DNA of 64,000 bases from positions 2,976,001 through 3,040,000 of the forward strand of contig OZ024753.1 in assembly GCA_964016885.1 (NCBI GenBank). Reading direction: 5' to 3'. The position numbers and the translations under genes are program-made. The notes below the pieces were generated by a model. The model made no database searches, was not told where the DNA came from, and worked only from the letters and a program-made list of their open reading frames with translations. The stretch comes from Eledone cirrhosa (Eukaryota). Within the stretch, counting starts at the first letter, position 1; each line of letters starts with the position of its first letter. Positions 27,736 through 42,089 of this stretch are shown here, piece after piece.

Positions 27736-29918
27736 CATGCATGTATGTGTGTGTATGTATATATATATATATATATTACATACACATACAGATAAATGTG
27801 ACAATTTTCATTTCATTTTTTGCTGCATCATATCCTCAAGATCTTATTGATAATAAGCAATATATCATTAGGTAAGTTAAAAAATTAGAGAAGAGGTTAA
27901 GAAAATACAGAAAGATGTCTAGCATCATCTATCATTGTGCAGCGTTCTTTGAAGATTAATTTGTATAAATTGACTATAACTAGTTAGGGAATAATCTTTT
28001 TTTTAAACCAGATGCAAAGATGAGACATAATTAAAGCAAATATGTTCCTCTTGCTTGAAGATTTAATAGGCTTCTTAAAAAAGTGAACATGAGACAAGAT
28101 TTACTTTTCTATGTTAGTATTAGGTAAACAAATTAATATAGATATTTTGAATATTTCTACAAGGGCACAAATTATGCAGAGATGTATATTGTTGATTATA
28201 TTTCCCCGATTAGATTACTGATATTTATTCTACTGACCCAGGAAGGAGGAATATCAGAACTGTCTTTGGCATGATTTGATCTCAGAACATATATTTAATT
28301 AAAATTGCATGATATTTTCTTCACCACTGTAATAATTATATAATTGGCGAGAAAGAAAGATTTATCATCATTGCCATTTTGATTTTAATGTCCACCTTCC
28401 CATCTAGCAAGGGTTGGACAGGTCTATATAGACCAATTCCATACAGAAGCAGAGCCACAGGCCTCCCAAGCTAGGGATTCGTGTCTTGCTTATGTACGGT
28501 TTGACGTTCCATCGAGTGCTCAGGAGAGCTTTCTTTGGTTGGATACTTTTTGTATCACCAACCACTTTACAGAATCTACTGGGTGGGTTTATCATGTCTA
28601 TCACCAATACTAGGGGGGCCATCATGTCCTTGATACAACTGGGGGTCCTCCCAATCCTTTGTTTGGCAAGATTTCTATGGTTGGATGGCCTTCATATCAC
28701 TAACCACTTTACTGTGTTCTCTGGGTGTGTTTATCATGTAAATCACCAACACTAGGGAAGTTGTCATGTCCTTCACATGACTGGAGGGTCCTCGTGACTC
28801 TAGAAAATTAGGTAGAAAGATTTTAATTGGTGGCTTTACTTCATAATAGCAGAGCCAGTTTTAGCCGGGTTAATAACAAAGGGGTAATAATTAGAAAGAT
28901 ATTTGCTACACTAAATCCATTCAAATTTCGATTATCAAAAATCAGATTTATTGTGTTTTATTAGAAATATGAAAATTAAAGAGGTAAAACAACTCAGCAA
29001 AACATTTTATTTAGTTCTTCTGAGACTTTTGTAAGTTCTGAGGAGTGAATGTATGTTTAAGCTTGGAAGGATTCTTGTATAATTAACTAGAGAAGAAATA
29101 CCTGAAAAAGATATCTATCATTGTATAACATTTTGATATGGATTATCTACTTGATAGCACCTATGTATTATTTAGACATTCACCTCCATCTCCTTCAACA
29201 TGCTTTATAATAGTTAGAAGCTGCTATTTGCCATATGAATTTTCTATTCAACATCTTCCTGTGGCATCACAGGTGGATAGCTACAAAGGATGCAGAATCA
29301 CGAATAGTTCACAAAGTGAAGTGTAGCATGTCTTGAAAATACAAAAATAAACAATACATTTATATTAAAAATTATCTCAACTATCATGGCTGACAGTATG
29401 TTTGGAAACATTTTCAAAATTCAACTTTAAATAATGCTTTAATATTACTGACAAAAGAAATAAACAAAAAATCAGACACACATATGCTTACACACACATA
29501 TATATGCACGCGCACACAGGTATAAATGAGTGCAGTTTCAAGATGACAAGGAAATATAAAAGATCCAACATTTTTCAATTCTTTCTAATGTTCATTATAA
29601 TGACAATGACAGAACCATTGTATTCTGTAATACAACAAAATACTGTTTTATTTTTCAGCTTGGCTGGAGGCTATCAGACTAAAATAAGCTTCATTGCAAT
29701 TTTTATACAAACTCTTTTCAGATGTTCCCTCAAATATTAGAATCTTCTTCAGAGGAAGGAAACTTATATTATGGAAAAAGAGAATTTCTATACCTACTCA
29801 ATACAAAGCAAAAGTACTCAGTTTGGCTTTCATTATCTCACTTCTTACCCACATTCTTATTTTCACACAATACTATACCAATCACAACACTGTTCCTATT
29901 GGCTACAATTAAACTTAC

Positions 29919-30060
29919 TGTCTTGCAGACATCAACTTCAATGTTTTGTGATGTCTGTTTACAATTTCAATGGTAAACAGTGACTTTTATGGCAGCAAGA
30001 AAGACAGACAAAATGAACGAGAGAAAGAAGAAATATATGGCAAAGATGTTTAGGCTTCAA
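29919..30060 (-). other. Candidate 142-nt exon (non-coding or start-codon exon)
   Basis: Minus: ttatttcAG| ... ATGTCTGCAAGACA|GTAAGT. Stops in all three frames before the terminal ATG. Confidence 0.4.
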
Positions 30061-30664
30061 CTGAAATAATTATAAGCGGATTGTGCTTTCTTAATGTACT
30101 TCAAAACTGTTGTAATTATTTATTTTCCTTGTTATAACATTTAGCTTTAATTTCATGTATGGCACCAAGAAAGTGAAAGACTTTAGGAACATGTTTATCC
30201 TAAGCCACTAACCGAATGGATGACACATGAATAAAAAGAAGACAAAAGGAAATTCTCTTGAATTTTATGATTCTAGTGATACGATGTCTGTTTATATTTT
30301 CTGATGTAAATGTTCACATTAGAATGGGGAAAGTAAACATTACAAGTTAGTACATATGAATTCGTATTTAAATAGAAAAAAATAAACTTCAGCATAAGTT
30401 ACCACTTAAACATGGATCATTGTAACTCGTTAGAGGATTGGCCATCATCGACAGTCATTCTTATTTAGATATCAACACATTCCTTGTTTTTATATCTGCT
30501 TTTCCATGGTGGCATGGGTTAACCAATAATTTTAAAGGCAATATTCAATGGCTTGATGCCCTTCCTTATGCAACCCATACACACACACATCATCATCATC
30601 GTTTTACGTCCATTCTTCCACGCTAGCATGGGTTGTCCTGTGGTGAGCAGTGCCAGATCAGGTG

Positions 30665-30695
<31 letters not shown>

Positions 30696-32120
30696 GACAC
30701 ACACACAAAACACACAACCACATATACATATTTGATACATATCTCCTCTTATATATATATATATAGATAGATAGATAGATTTTGTAACCTTACATTTCCT
30801 TTTAGCTAAAATAGCTGTCTCGATTAGATGCTATTTTCCAACACAAGAAAATTTGTTAGTGTTTTATTGAAATAGCTATTAATTGTGTGGGCCAAGTGAT
30901 CTTTTAATGGCAGGAGATATATAAAGGAATGAAATATGTAAAGGGTACCTAATGTTTTTGACAACTGAATACAACTGAACACAATCGTTTCCAAACAGAC
31001 TTTACTTTCCCCAGCAACAAAGGTAGCATTAATTTGTGTTGTCTCCCAATGTCTCACAGCTTATTTAATATTCTGCCCTTTATATGTTGCATATTTCTGT
31101 AAATTAAATCACACTCCCTTCTAGTTTCTTTATTTTCATCTGATATAAAGTATTACGCTTCCAATCACACCTCATACATGCTTGACTGTTTTTTATGCAG
31201 ATTAAATAACCAGTATGAAAAGAGGAGTAGAAAGGGTTTTTTCTTTCTTCTGTTTTCAACTTGTTATAATTTCTATTCACTTTGCAAAGTTACAATCATT
31301 GATTCATGATTCAACGGTAATTTTGTTGTCTTGGTTATAGAACTTCAGGAGGCCCAATATTTTCTAAGAGTAGCTGAAGTATTATTAAGTTATTTCAACT
31401 GATGTGTTTATAATTGAGTTGCTGGTAACTTTGGAGGCAATAAAAATCAAAAATTTATTCAGTAACTCTGCTGAATTGTGAGGAGTGTAGAGACTATTGC
31501 TTGAAGGAATTAGGACAAAGAAATAAAAATGGAAAGAAAACATTAACAGCAATAACATGACTAGCGTTGGGACTTTACAAACCAATGCAATATATGAAAA
31601 AAGAACAGTAAATGGCGGCAATAAGTGCAGGAGCAGCAGAAAAAACTTTATAGTTAACCAAAGAAATGTTAAAGGAAGGAGAAATAAATATTAAATGAAA
31701 ACAAAAATTTTAAAGGTAGCTGCCATTATATTTTGTTATAGGAAAAATCAACACACTACTGCTAAAAAGCATGAAGTATCAATTGCATGGTCTTGTAATT
31801 AAAGATGATATTAGTAATTAGCCTCTAAAAATAAATTGTAGTATAATTTAATATTTATTGTTTTTAGTAATTTTACCATATTTTATCTAGTGTAATGTTA
31901 CACCATAGTATCTGTCTATCTTACTTTGCACTTGTTCAGAATGATTCAGAATTCACTACAAACATATATCAGATACCCACAAATGGCCATCCCTCATTAA
32001 ACTAAGATAATTCAGACAGATTTCAATTAAATATCTTATATTGGAATAGGTGTATGGCTACATGTAGACATGCATGACACAAATGTCATACATGAAAAAT
32101 AAAAGTAACCATTGTTAAAT

Positions 32121-32400
32121 GTGGAGGTGTATAGCCTTGTGGTAAGGGTGCTGGACTTACGATCATAATGTTGTGGGTTCAATACCTAGGCTGGGTTGTG
32201 TGTTGTGTTCTTGAGCAAAACACTTCATTTCACGTTGCTCCAGTATACTCAGTTGAAAATAAGTACCAGAAATAGCTGGGGGTTTAACCCTGCGATGGAC
32301 TGGCATTCTGTCCAGTGGGAAGTATTGTATTCTAAGTCGCTTCATGCTATGAAAACAGGATAAGCACCGGACAAATGAGCCCTCTGGCTTAAGACAGACT
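32121..32400 (+). mobile_element. SINE family S3 with 9-bp TSD
   Basis: tRNA-like head with GGTTCAATACC B-box and TTCTTGAGCAAAACACTT core. TTGTTAAAT at 32112-32120 and 32401-32409. Confidence 0.85.
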
Positions 32401-32903
32401 TTGTTAAATATGATTGAATAGCCCTATTTTAAGGGCAATAAATGCATTTCTGTAATGGCATAAGTGACCAAATGAAATTCTTTAGAATCGAAGTAGAATG
32501 AATATATGAAATCAGTGCCTTAGAAACATCTTATTGCATCATATCAAAGCGTTGGGTGGTTGACCCTGTATATCTTGCAATTATATATACATAGATAAAA
32601 TATAGTGATAGTCTGCAGTACTGGGACTGGGGAGACCACAAATCAAAAATGTACACAATACATGCTATGGTGCAGTGTTTATATTAATGATAATAATAAT
32701 AACAATAATATATATATATGAGTGTGTGTGTCTGAGTCTGAGTGTGAGTGTGTGTAGATTATGTAGCATAATCTGATTGTGGTGAATCAGCTTGTCACTG
32801 TTCATGGAATGGAACAGGTTAAAAACAATGTATAAGAATATACATTATACTCAAAAGCACACATATATATATATATATGTAATGTACATAAATGTGCTTG
32901 AAG

Positions 32904-32964
<61 letters not shown>

Positions 32965-33637
32965 TGTGCATATATGTATGTGTGTATATATGTACAAGTA
33001 TTTATCTATGTGTGTGTGTGTATATGTATAAGTATCTATCTATCTATCAATCTATATATATATACTTATATAATATATGTTATGTGTATATATATATACA
33101 TCCACCCATATATGAATTATACATATGTATATATTCATGTATCAACAACTACACTTAAATGCTATATTCGCCATATTCTTTAACTGATTCTCTCTTAATA
33201 ATTTTCCTCTCTCTAAGGACATACTTTTATATGAATACCAACCATTATCATGTACCTCATGCAGGTCTAGGCCTATAAATATAATAAAATATACACTGAG
33301 ACTCAGATTTATATTGATATGTGCATCTACTTGTGTGTTGGAATGACGTATGTTAATTATAACAATGAATAGTGGAAGAGAACGAGACACAGTAAAGGTA
33401 AGATGCAGGAAAATGGTTCTGCTTAATATGAAGCATATGCATTCTTCAGGAAATAAGTGGAAGACATAAACAGAAATGTAAGTGAACAGGTGAATGACTG
33501 ATGGTTGGAAACAAAAGAAATGGATTCAATATTAGTGACAAGACTTAAATAGTTGCAAAAAAGAGCATTACATAGATGTGCTGATGCCAGCTAAACAATA
33601 TATATATATATATATATATGCATGTGTGTGTGTGTGT

Positions 33638-33668
<31 letters not shown>

Positions 33669-33683
33669 AATATATATATATAA

Positions 33684-33731
<48 letters not shown>

Positions 33732-33736
33732 GTATG

Positions 33737-33775
<39 letters not shown>

Positions 33776-33784
33776 ATATGTATG

Positions 33785-33817
<33 letters not shown>

Positions 33818-33977
33818 CTACTATATCAACTGTAAAACTAACAACATATCTTCATTGTACAGTGTGATTTGCTTTGTTATTTCTGTTTGCCTTTCACATA
33901 CACACACATATATATCTATAAATTTAATATATGTATATATCATCATCATCAACGTTTAACATCTATTTTCCACGCTA

Positions 33978-34075
<98 letters not shown>

Positions 34076-34600
34076 CTAAACAAATAGAACGACAACAACC
34101 CTATTCAAATAATGTAGGACAAGTAGATGCGGATAAATTGGAACCAAAGAGTATATTAGTGGTCATAACAAGCAAAGAATAATACTACAATCATGAAGAT
34201 AGAACTAACAATAACTAGAATAATAGTGATAGTAGATGATGATAATGATGAAGAAATGTATAATGGAGTTGTTGGTGATGATAATAGATGTCAATATTAT
34301 CGATGATGATGATATATAAAAGAAAGGTAAATTTAAGAGAGAAATAATAATTGGTGAAAGGTGATTGTCCTCGTACTTGAATAAGGTCTAAAGAAATGAC
34401 TTATAGACATATATTAGAATACAGAATCAGGAAATACCAAAACTTTCCAAAACTTAAAAGAAAAAGAAAAGAGAGAAGTAATAAAATAAACATATACATT
34501 TAATAAGGAAGTCTTTTATTAACCCTTTAGCATTTACATTACTCTATATTTACTATTATATTTTCATGGTAAAGACTTTATCCTACATAGTTATCTCACA

Positions 34601-35150
34601 TCATCTACTGTCTGTATTTATTATACAACAATGCACAAGCGGCACATGTGGCTTCATCATGGGTCTCGCCTAATCAATAACCAATCGATCGACAGAATTC
34701 AATTCCAGTCCATGCTACCTATGGCAGTGAATGTAACAGGGGACACAGTAGTACATTAGTAACTGAAATCCCTATGCGTTATCAAAATGCCGTCAACCAA
34801 TTGGCTACTGGTTAAGAAATTTACACGATAATAGGAGTCAAAATTCTGTTCCTTCCACCCTTCTATAAGGACTCACCAACATATCTCATGTCAAACACAA
34901 ATTAACAAGCGGTTATTAGAGAAAATCAGTCTCCAATTGCTGTACAATAGAATGGTAGCATTTGGCTCTAGTTTCCAAGTACCATCGTGAAAACGGCATG
35001 ACAGTAACAATGGTAGTGCTTAAAGCCTTTCTGGACATTAAATACGAACAAACGATTAGACAATGATATAGAATTAGCACACTGGTTAGAATTCGACTAA
35101 CCACGTGCGTAAAACCGATCAATTTCACAACTTGTACGATTCAATAGGTG
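34601..35150 (-). mobile_element. Second copy of HHR family C element with ~450 bp extra upstream sequence (ribozyme damaged and truncated)
   Basis: 34608-34695 is the reverse complement of ~7627-7715. The CTGATGA box is mutated to ATGATGA. The element abuts a piggyBac-MITE fragment at 34523-34600. Confidence 0.7.
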
Positions 35151-35238
35151 AGTAAGAGAGAAATATATATATATATATATACACACACATATATATTTAT
35201 ATATACACACACACACACACCCACACATATCTATCTAT

Positions 35239-35586
35239 CTAGGGTGGGTAAAATTCCCAAGATCCATGGACGAGTTCTCTCCAGCAGTCTCTGTCCCTCA
35301 TCATTGCTGCTATGTCCTGTGTCTCCAAGAGACCAGTGTCTGTCCTTAGGGCATCAACATATGTCAACCTCGGTCTCCCTCTTCCAGTATATCCATGTAG
35401 GGCTCCCGCAGGAGCACTGAGTGCAATGTCAACTCTGGATGTCGATGAACATGTCCAGTGAACCTCAGTCTCCTCTGTGTCACTTTTGAGCTGACTTTTG
35501 GGAGGCTCCCATATAGCTCTGAGTTCTTCGTCCTCAGTGTATACGGATTAATGTTCGGAGCCATCCTCAGCATTCCCGTGTAGCAC
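35239..35586 (-). mobile_element. RTE-clade LINE 3' fragment (family R1)
   Basis: CYTGMLRMA...[22 protein letters not shown]. Homologous to 21872-22218, with the same 3' end into (TAGA/TA)n. Confidence 0.85.
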
Positions 35587-36187
35587 ACATTCACACACAC
35601 ATATATATATCTATATAACTGAACACACGTGATTTCTGTAGTATGTTGACTTAGTTGAAGATTAACAGACAGCCATATGCACTAATACTGATGCACTCTT
35701 GGTCTTGTGTCATACAGGAATTGAAAGTTTACTTGAATAAAATGGTTGCTTCTCAGCTGCTCATTCTCATTGACACCTTGATGTTAGTATTAATATTATC
35801 TATATAATTATGCACTCTAACAAAATCTATGTTTTATTGAATACAGATTCTAAAATTTGAAAGATAAAATTAAACAATGTCAAATTGACTGAAATTAAAT
35901 ACATATTTATAAATTGTTGTCAATAGGTGTTGTTTTCTACTACATAAAGGTTATTGGTTTTACCAGAGAATGTAAATTATTTCTTTGTATTCCTGATACC
36001 CTTAATGTCAAATATAAAGTTATTTTGAAGGATATTAGTGTACTTATAGATATGTATATTTGCTATCATTTCTAAAGGTCAGATTCAAAAGCTTCTATGT
36101 ATTTTTATATTGTAATGTTGTATGTGTGTGTCCATGGTGATAGAATCATATAAAAAAAGCATACCAGTGAATGTGCTTAACTACATA

Positions 36188-36399
36188 CAAGACAGTGCTG
36201 AAAAGTTCCTGACATGATCACTGCTACAGAGGCCTGGGTAGAGGTTTAACTCTCCAAGTTCATTTTACAGGGCTTAGAAAAAATGACAGCTGTAATAAGT
36301 GTGAGAATCTGAGAGGGTAATATGTTGAATAAAATCGTAATTAATTGATCTTCCTGTATTTTCTGTTACCCAAAGCCAGGGACTTTTCAGCACCCTTCA
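36188..36399 (+). mobile_element. mariner-type MITE / internally deleted element
   Basis: TIR cores GTGCTGAAAAGTTCCTG and CAGGGACTTTTCAGCAC, TA flanks, and a remnant KC.NLRG*YVE* resembling the mariner transposase C-terminus. Confidence 0.75.
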
Positions 36400-36653
36400 T
36401 ATTCTATTTTCTCTAGTTGTTACAATAATTCTAAGTTGGATGAGACACACACACTGTGGAATATGCTAGATATGGTGTTATGAGTCTCTTTGCTAGCAAA
36501 CAAACCGAAAATTAATAATATTGTTATAATAATATCATTATTTATTCAAAAATACATTTAGGTATCCACCATTTCAGAGTGAAAACAAATTTTGCGGCCA
36601 CAAAATCGCTCAGTACTTAATACACATATGCACTCACACATACATACACACAC

Positions 36654-36690
<37 letters not shown>

Positions 36691-36745
36691 TATTATATAT
36701 AGATATATATATATAGTTAAGTAATAAACAAAATAAGATCATTAT

Positions 36746-36806
36746 TTCATTTACCAGTGGTTTCTTGAAAGCAGATATTTTATCGGTTTTCAGTCGTCAG
36801 AATGAA
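36746..36806 (-). ncRNA. Type I hammerhead ribozyme motif (family D)
   Basis: Minus: ttcatt CTGACGA c tgaaa-accgataaaatatctgc-tttca a GAAA ccactgg TA aatgaa. Stem I is 6 bp and the triplet is GUA. About 30 bp from a (TA)n tract. Confidence 0.75.
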
Positions 36807-37340
36807 TAAAAAACATGGTGTTTTTATTAAATATGGATTTGAAAGCAAAAATATTTTAAAAATATGAAATTGAGGCTGAGAAACAAACGGACGAAAAAGA
36901 AGAGTAGAAAAAAATAATGTAAATATATATAAAAATCAATAAATATCCAGAACGTAAGCAGACACACTAAACACCCACATTTACTTAAAAGGTACGAAGA
37001 TGTATACTTTATCACATAAGCGTATTAGCGTTTACAGACAGGAACATAAATACATACACATACATATACATGAAGTAAAAAATAAATAAATGAATAAGAA
37101 CCAAAAATATACAGTGTCAAAAACAAAATAATATAAAGGCAAAAGGGAGACTTGTTGACAGCGCTAAGTGTGACAGTGTGGAGGGAGGGGGGAATAAAAA
37201 CAACTTAAAAACAAACATATACATGAGATGTGCATATCCAAATATATATACATAAATATACACATACATACACACGCGCACACATATATATATACATGCC
37301 TAGAACCTCATAAACATGTACAAAAACACACATACATATG

Positions 37341-37551
<211 letters not shown>

Positions 37552-37577
37552 GGTTATACAACAGTTAGTTCACCATA

Positions 37578-37616
37578 CCGAGAACAATTGTTTCACCTTA
37601 GCGGATCCTCAGCTCA
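37578..37616 (-). ncRNA. Hammerhead ribozyme motif (family B, left arm)
   Basis: Minus: tgag CTGAGGA tcc-gctaa-ggt GAAA caattg TT ctcgg. Confidence 0.6.
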
Positions 37617-37621
37617 TAATC

Positions 37622-37661
37622 CTGAGCTGAGGATCCGCTAAGGTGAAACAATTGTTCTTGG
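37622..37661 (+). ncRNA. Hammerhead ribozyme motif (family B, right arm)
   Basis: ctgag CTGAGGA(37627-37633) tcc-gctaa-ggt GAAA(37645-37648) caattg TT cttgg. Stem II is very short and the triplet is GUU. Confidence 0.6.
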
Positions 37662-37771
37662 TATGGTGAACTAACTGTTGTGTAACCACTTCTACCTAAA
37701 TAAGCTCTGTAGCCTACATAGAGCACTCTTTTCCTGTACCTTTCCGATGGAATTACTTCTATATATTTATG

Positions 37772-37852
<81 letters not shown>

Positions 37853-37893
37853 GATATTAACAAATGGAAACCTATATTTATAAAAACCATATT

Positions 37894-37958
37894 TATTTCA
37901 TTATACATATTTCAAGGACACCCAAGTAAATTATGGTGTGCTTTCATCAGACAAAATA
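37894..37958 (-). ncRNA. Hammerhead ribozyme motif (family A)
   Basis: Minus: tattttgt CTGATGA aagcacacca-taatttact-tgggtgtcctt GAAA tatgta TA atgaaata. Both stem I changes give G.U pairs. Confidence 0.75.
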
Positions 37959-38046
37959 TAATATATATCAGTTTTATAAATAAATATTGGACATACCCTT
38001 AAAAATGCAACCATTACTGTTGGAAGCTCCCGGATATATATATATA

Positions 38047-38116
<70 letters not shown>

Positions 38117-38245
38117 ATATATATATATAGAATAAAAGAGAAAACACAGGTATCGCTATACTGCAAATAGCAGCCACTCGATAATAATTGTTATTCACCT
38201 CCAAATTTCAAAATGATGATTACAATAAGCAATTTTTCTGCTTTC

Positions 38246-38294
<49 letters not shown>

Positions 38295-38330
38295 CATATT
38301 TATATATGTATATATATATATATATATATG

Positions 38331-38617
38331 TAAGCAGAAGGGATATTCAATTTGTTGGTAATTCAACAAATATAAATGTTTATAACTGATTCAGAGCACT
38401 CGACAGATTTTCTGGAGTATAATATATAAATGGGTATATTAAATAAATGGAAACTATATTTATACAACCATATTTATTCTATTATATATATTTCAAGGGT
38501 ACCAACACTTCGTATTTTATTTGATGATAGCATACCAAAATTTTGGTACCCTTGAAATAATTATAATAGAATAAATATGGTTTTATAAATATAGTTTCCA
38601 TTTATTTCATATCATTG
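38331..38617 (-). mobile_element. Family A palindromic insertion, opposite orientation to 7266-7600
   Basis: Tail homologous to 7508-7600. The minus arm is truncated within stem II (~38505). The inverted plus arm 38513-38617 carries an HHR with TTGATGA (C3 mutated) and stem III TAATTA. Confidence 0.75.
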
Positions 38618-38627
38618 TGTGTGTGTG

Positions 38628-38683
<56 letters not shown>

Positions 38684-39561
38684 TAATTTTGTATGCATAG
38701 AAAACAAAACAATCATTTCTAACAATTAATCCTATCCAATAGTTACTTCTGCTTCACATGCTTATATACACAAATATGAAACCATGTGTAGAGAAGTGTG
38801 TGTTTTTGTGCAGACAAACACATAATTAACTTACATAAAGATTAGCAACATATTCTGGTAAACCTAAAACGTGCCTTCATGTCATCATATACAGATTCAT
38901 CAAATCTATACAGATATGTATATATTAACATTTCTGAATATTAACTAGTTACAGAATTAACTCTAACATAGAAAGCTCTTTACAAAACTGCCATTGAGCA
39001 AATCAGCTAATAACTGGCAAAATAAGCTTTGTGAGTGAAACCTAGAAAGGTCATATAATGGTCAACTTGAATCTTGAAGTAAATATGTTTACATTATTAT
39101 TAATTGGAATTGGACAATAAATATGGAAATGAGCTACGAGGTGGTCATGTACATTTCTCATTTACTAACACATCGCCATTGTTAATAGTACTAAAGATGA
39201 AACTTATAACAATATCATGAATGCTGTATGTGAAACAAAAGGCCAGACATGCTGGAGACAATGCTAGTGAGATATTGAACACGTTGAATGGTTTGAAATG
39301 AGAGGAAATGGCATTATGGATAATTCCTATTTTAAACTGACAGGGTGACGCTGTAGATGATCCTTATTTTTTTAAATATTTATGTATTGAGATCAAATAT
39401 ACTGAATATTGCTTCTCCTGCAATTCGTTTTATACACTCTTAATCACTAAATACTATGGTAAATAGTTACTATGATAAATATTTATCTATAGACATGTTT
39501 GTATATGTGTATATATATATAATCTAACTATTTGCAAATCAAACGTCAGGAAACCAGCCTA

Positions 39562-40171
39562 CCACCTGATTATCTTCCAGCCAGATGGTCATACAAACCA
39601 AATAGACTTTATTCCCTGCAGGAAATGAAATAGATGAATAGTTGTCCTGGTTGATGTCATACCCAATGAATGGTGCAACAATATCATAGTAAATTGTCAC
39701 AAGAATCAAGGTAACACTCAAGCGAGATAACTAGAGAAGTATCAAGTTGATGGATGAGGCCATTAAAGTTACTGAAAGGGTGACAGAACAACTATTTAAG
39801 GACAGAATCAAACTAGCTAAGATGCAATTCAGGTTTTTGCCATGTAGGAATTCTATCAATGCTCTCTTCCTTGTGAGACAACTGGAGGAAAAGCACTTAG
39901 CTAAAAGGTATGACTCTGTACCTGGCATTTGTGGATCTGGAGAAGACTCTCGATAGGGTCTCCCCCTCTGTATTCTTTTGGTTGCTAAGGAAGCTAGGTG
40001 TAGACAAATGGATGATGAGAGCCATGCAAGCCCTGTATAGAGGTGCAATCAGCAAGCAAGAGTTAGCAATGAGTACAGTGATTAATTTGATCTGCAAGTT
40101 GGGGTTTCCAGGGCTCAGTCCTCAGCCTACTTCTGTTTATTATTGTTCTACAGGTCACAACTGAAGAATTT
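39562..40171 (+). mobile_element. RTE-clade LINE internal fragment (APE end and RT motifs), internally deleted
   Basis: TNQIDF, IKLMDEAIKVTERV...MQFRFLPCRNSINALFLVRQLEEK, LYLAFVDLEKTLDRV and GSVLSLLLF. Frameshifted. Confidence 0.85.
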
Positions 40172-40386
40172 AACTCATTAGCATTTAAACCAGCCATATC
40201 CGGCCAGAATTTTCTCCCTCTTTCAGTTCAAACTGACTGTAACTAGCCACTCATACTGATGTTAAGGTATTGTTCTCAAAATAAATAATATCAAAATCTC
40301 ACAGATTCAATATTATGTGAGATAAAGCCTTTACTGCAAAAATACAATTGTATATATATAGAGTATTGTAAATACTAAAGGGTTAA
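40170..40386 (-). mobile_element. piggyBac-type MITE
   Basis: TTAA CTCATTAGCATTTAAAC ... CTAAAGGG TTAA. Confidence 0.75.
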
Positions 40387-41871
40387 GATAGCACTCAATG
40401 GGAAGCCAGCATGCAAACTGCAACTCAACATGTCAGTGAGACATAGGTCTTGTCAACAGAAAACATGTGAAGGCTAGAAATTGTGCACACTCACTTATGT
40501 CAAGAATCATCTCAACACACCAGTCATACATCCATAGTACTGATCAAACTTTGCTCACATTGAAAACAGAATTAAATGATATGTGTGTGTGTTATAATTT
40601 ACTCATGAGTTAAAAATTCATATCAGTCAGTACACATTTGTGTGAATGATGAAAATACGCAAAAATATAATCTTTAGGGTATAAACAAATTTAATGAAAG
40701 ATTGATAGAAAAGAAATGTAATTTGGCTAACAATCAAATGCATTAATTTAACAGTAATTGCTGTTTGTTGACTTGCCAACGTTAGGGTGTTGGCTTACTG
40801 AACAAACAACTGGCGGGGAGGGGTCGTCAGTTGTGTAAAAAATGTGACAACCTCACAATTGTTGATGATCTACATAATAAACGTACTCAGTAAACTCTGT
40901 AAACTAGTTGGTGATGGGAAGGCATCCAGCCATACAAAACCTGCCAAACAATGTGTGAGGAGTGCTCTTCAGCTTTGGCAAAGACATGACAACATCTCTA
41001 GTGCTGTTGCCATGATAAATTAAACTTGGTAGAATGTGGGTGAAATACAGGCCCCTAGCCTGTCAGTGTGGTCATTAGCTTTGCTACAGTACTGACTTGG
41101 TCTGTGATAATGTGCCTAATCTTTCCTAGCAATGAATACATTTTAAATGATGATGGATATATATATATATATATACTTGGGTGGGGTCATATTGCTATAA
41201 TAATATTGCCAGAAATAATAACAGAACACACACACTGCTTGGTTGGTTTTCGTTTCTGCATCTTTTATATCAGTTAATTCATTCGGTCCTCAATGTTTAC
41301 CATTGACTGACCAATGGTAAAAAGTACAGATATAATATAGACACAAACACATATATATAGTCTAACAAAGTTCTTTCGTTGCACATCTGCAACATCGTCA
41401 GTGGTGCTATTATGTTCCTCCTGTTGTATTGTATATCTATGCCATCTTTATCTGTATATGTATATATATATATACACATATGTTAGTTAGGTGTGTTATT
41501 AGAGTTACAGGAGGCATGCCGTATGAAGCACTCAATGCTGTTACAAGGCCCATGAAATATGTTTCCTTGTGATTGTTTAGAAGATATACATGTCCCCTGA
41601 TGATGACCCAACTAGGTCTGAAAATTGATTTATCCTATTGTTTTTCAATTTACAGTGAAATTCTGATATGTTTACATGTCTACATCTCTAAAATGTATGT
41701 ATTTAAATACCCACCATTGCAGTCTCGGTTACCCACACTGTATATATGCAAATGTAACTTTATATATATAAAGACACGCATACACATATACATTATATTT
41801 ATACATATATAATATATATATATTTAGTGGTAAGAATATATATACATTGGGTTAATATATATGTACCAGAC

Positions 41872-42089
41872 AGTCCACGCTGTAATGTGGCCGTGTAGGG
41901 AACACGGTAAAAACCTCCCAGCCCCACACTGTAAATGTGGTTGGTGTTAGGAAGGGCATCGAGCTGTAGAAAACCCACCAGACAGTCCTATGTGAGCAAG
42001 ACAACCACTCTTGCCTCAAGTGGGAAAACCCCCGTCCAAACCCATGCAAGCGTAGAACAGGGACGTTAAACGATGATGATGATGATGAT
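41872..42089 (+). mobile_element. RTE/SINE S1-type 3' tail fragment
   Basis: GGTGTTAGGAAGGGCATCGAGCTGTAGAAA...AACCCATGCAAGC...(GAT)n. Confidence 0.75.

Noticed and set aside
29715-29757. Minus-strand CTGAAGA...GAAA with a short stem II
   Set aside because: No stem I complementarity after any NUH, so most likely chance.
34916-35128. 70-aa ORF upstream of the family C element as a GIY-YIG endonuclease remnant
   Set aside because: No GIY-YIG or RT motifs were recognisable in the translation.
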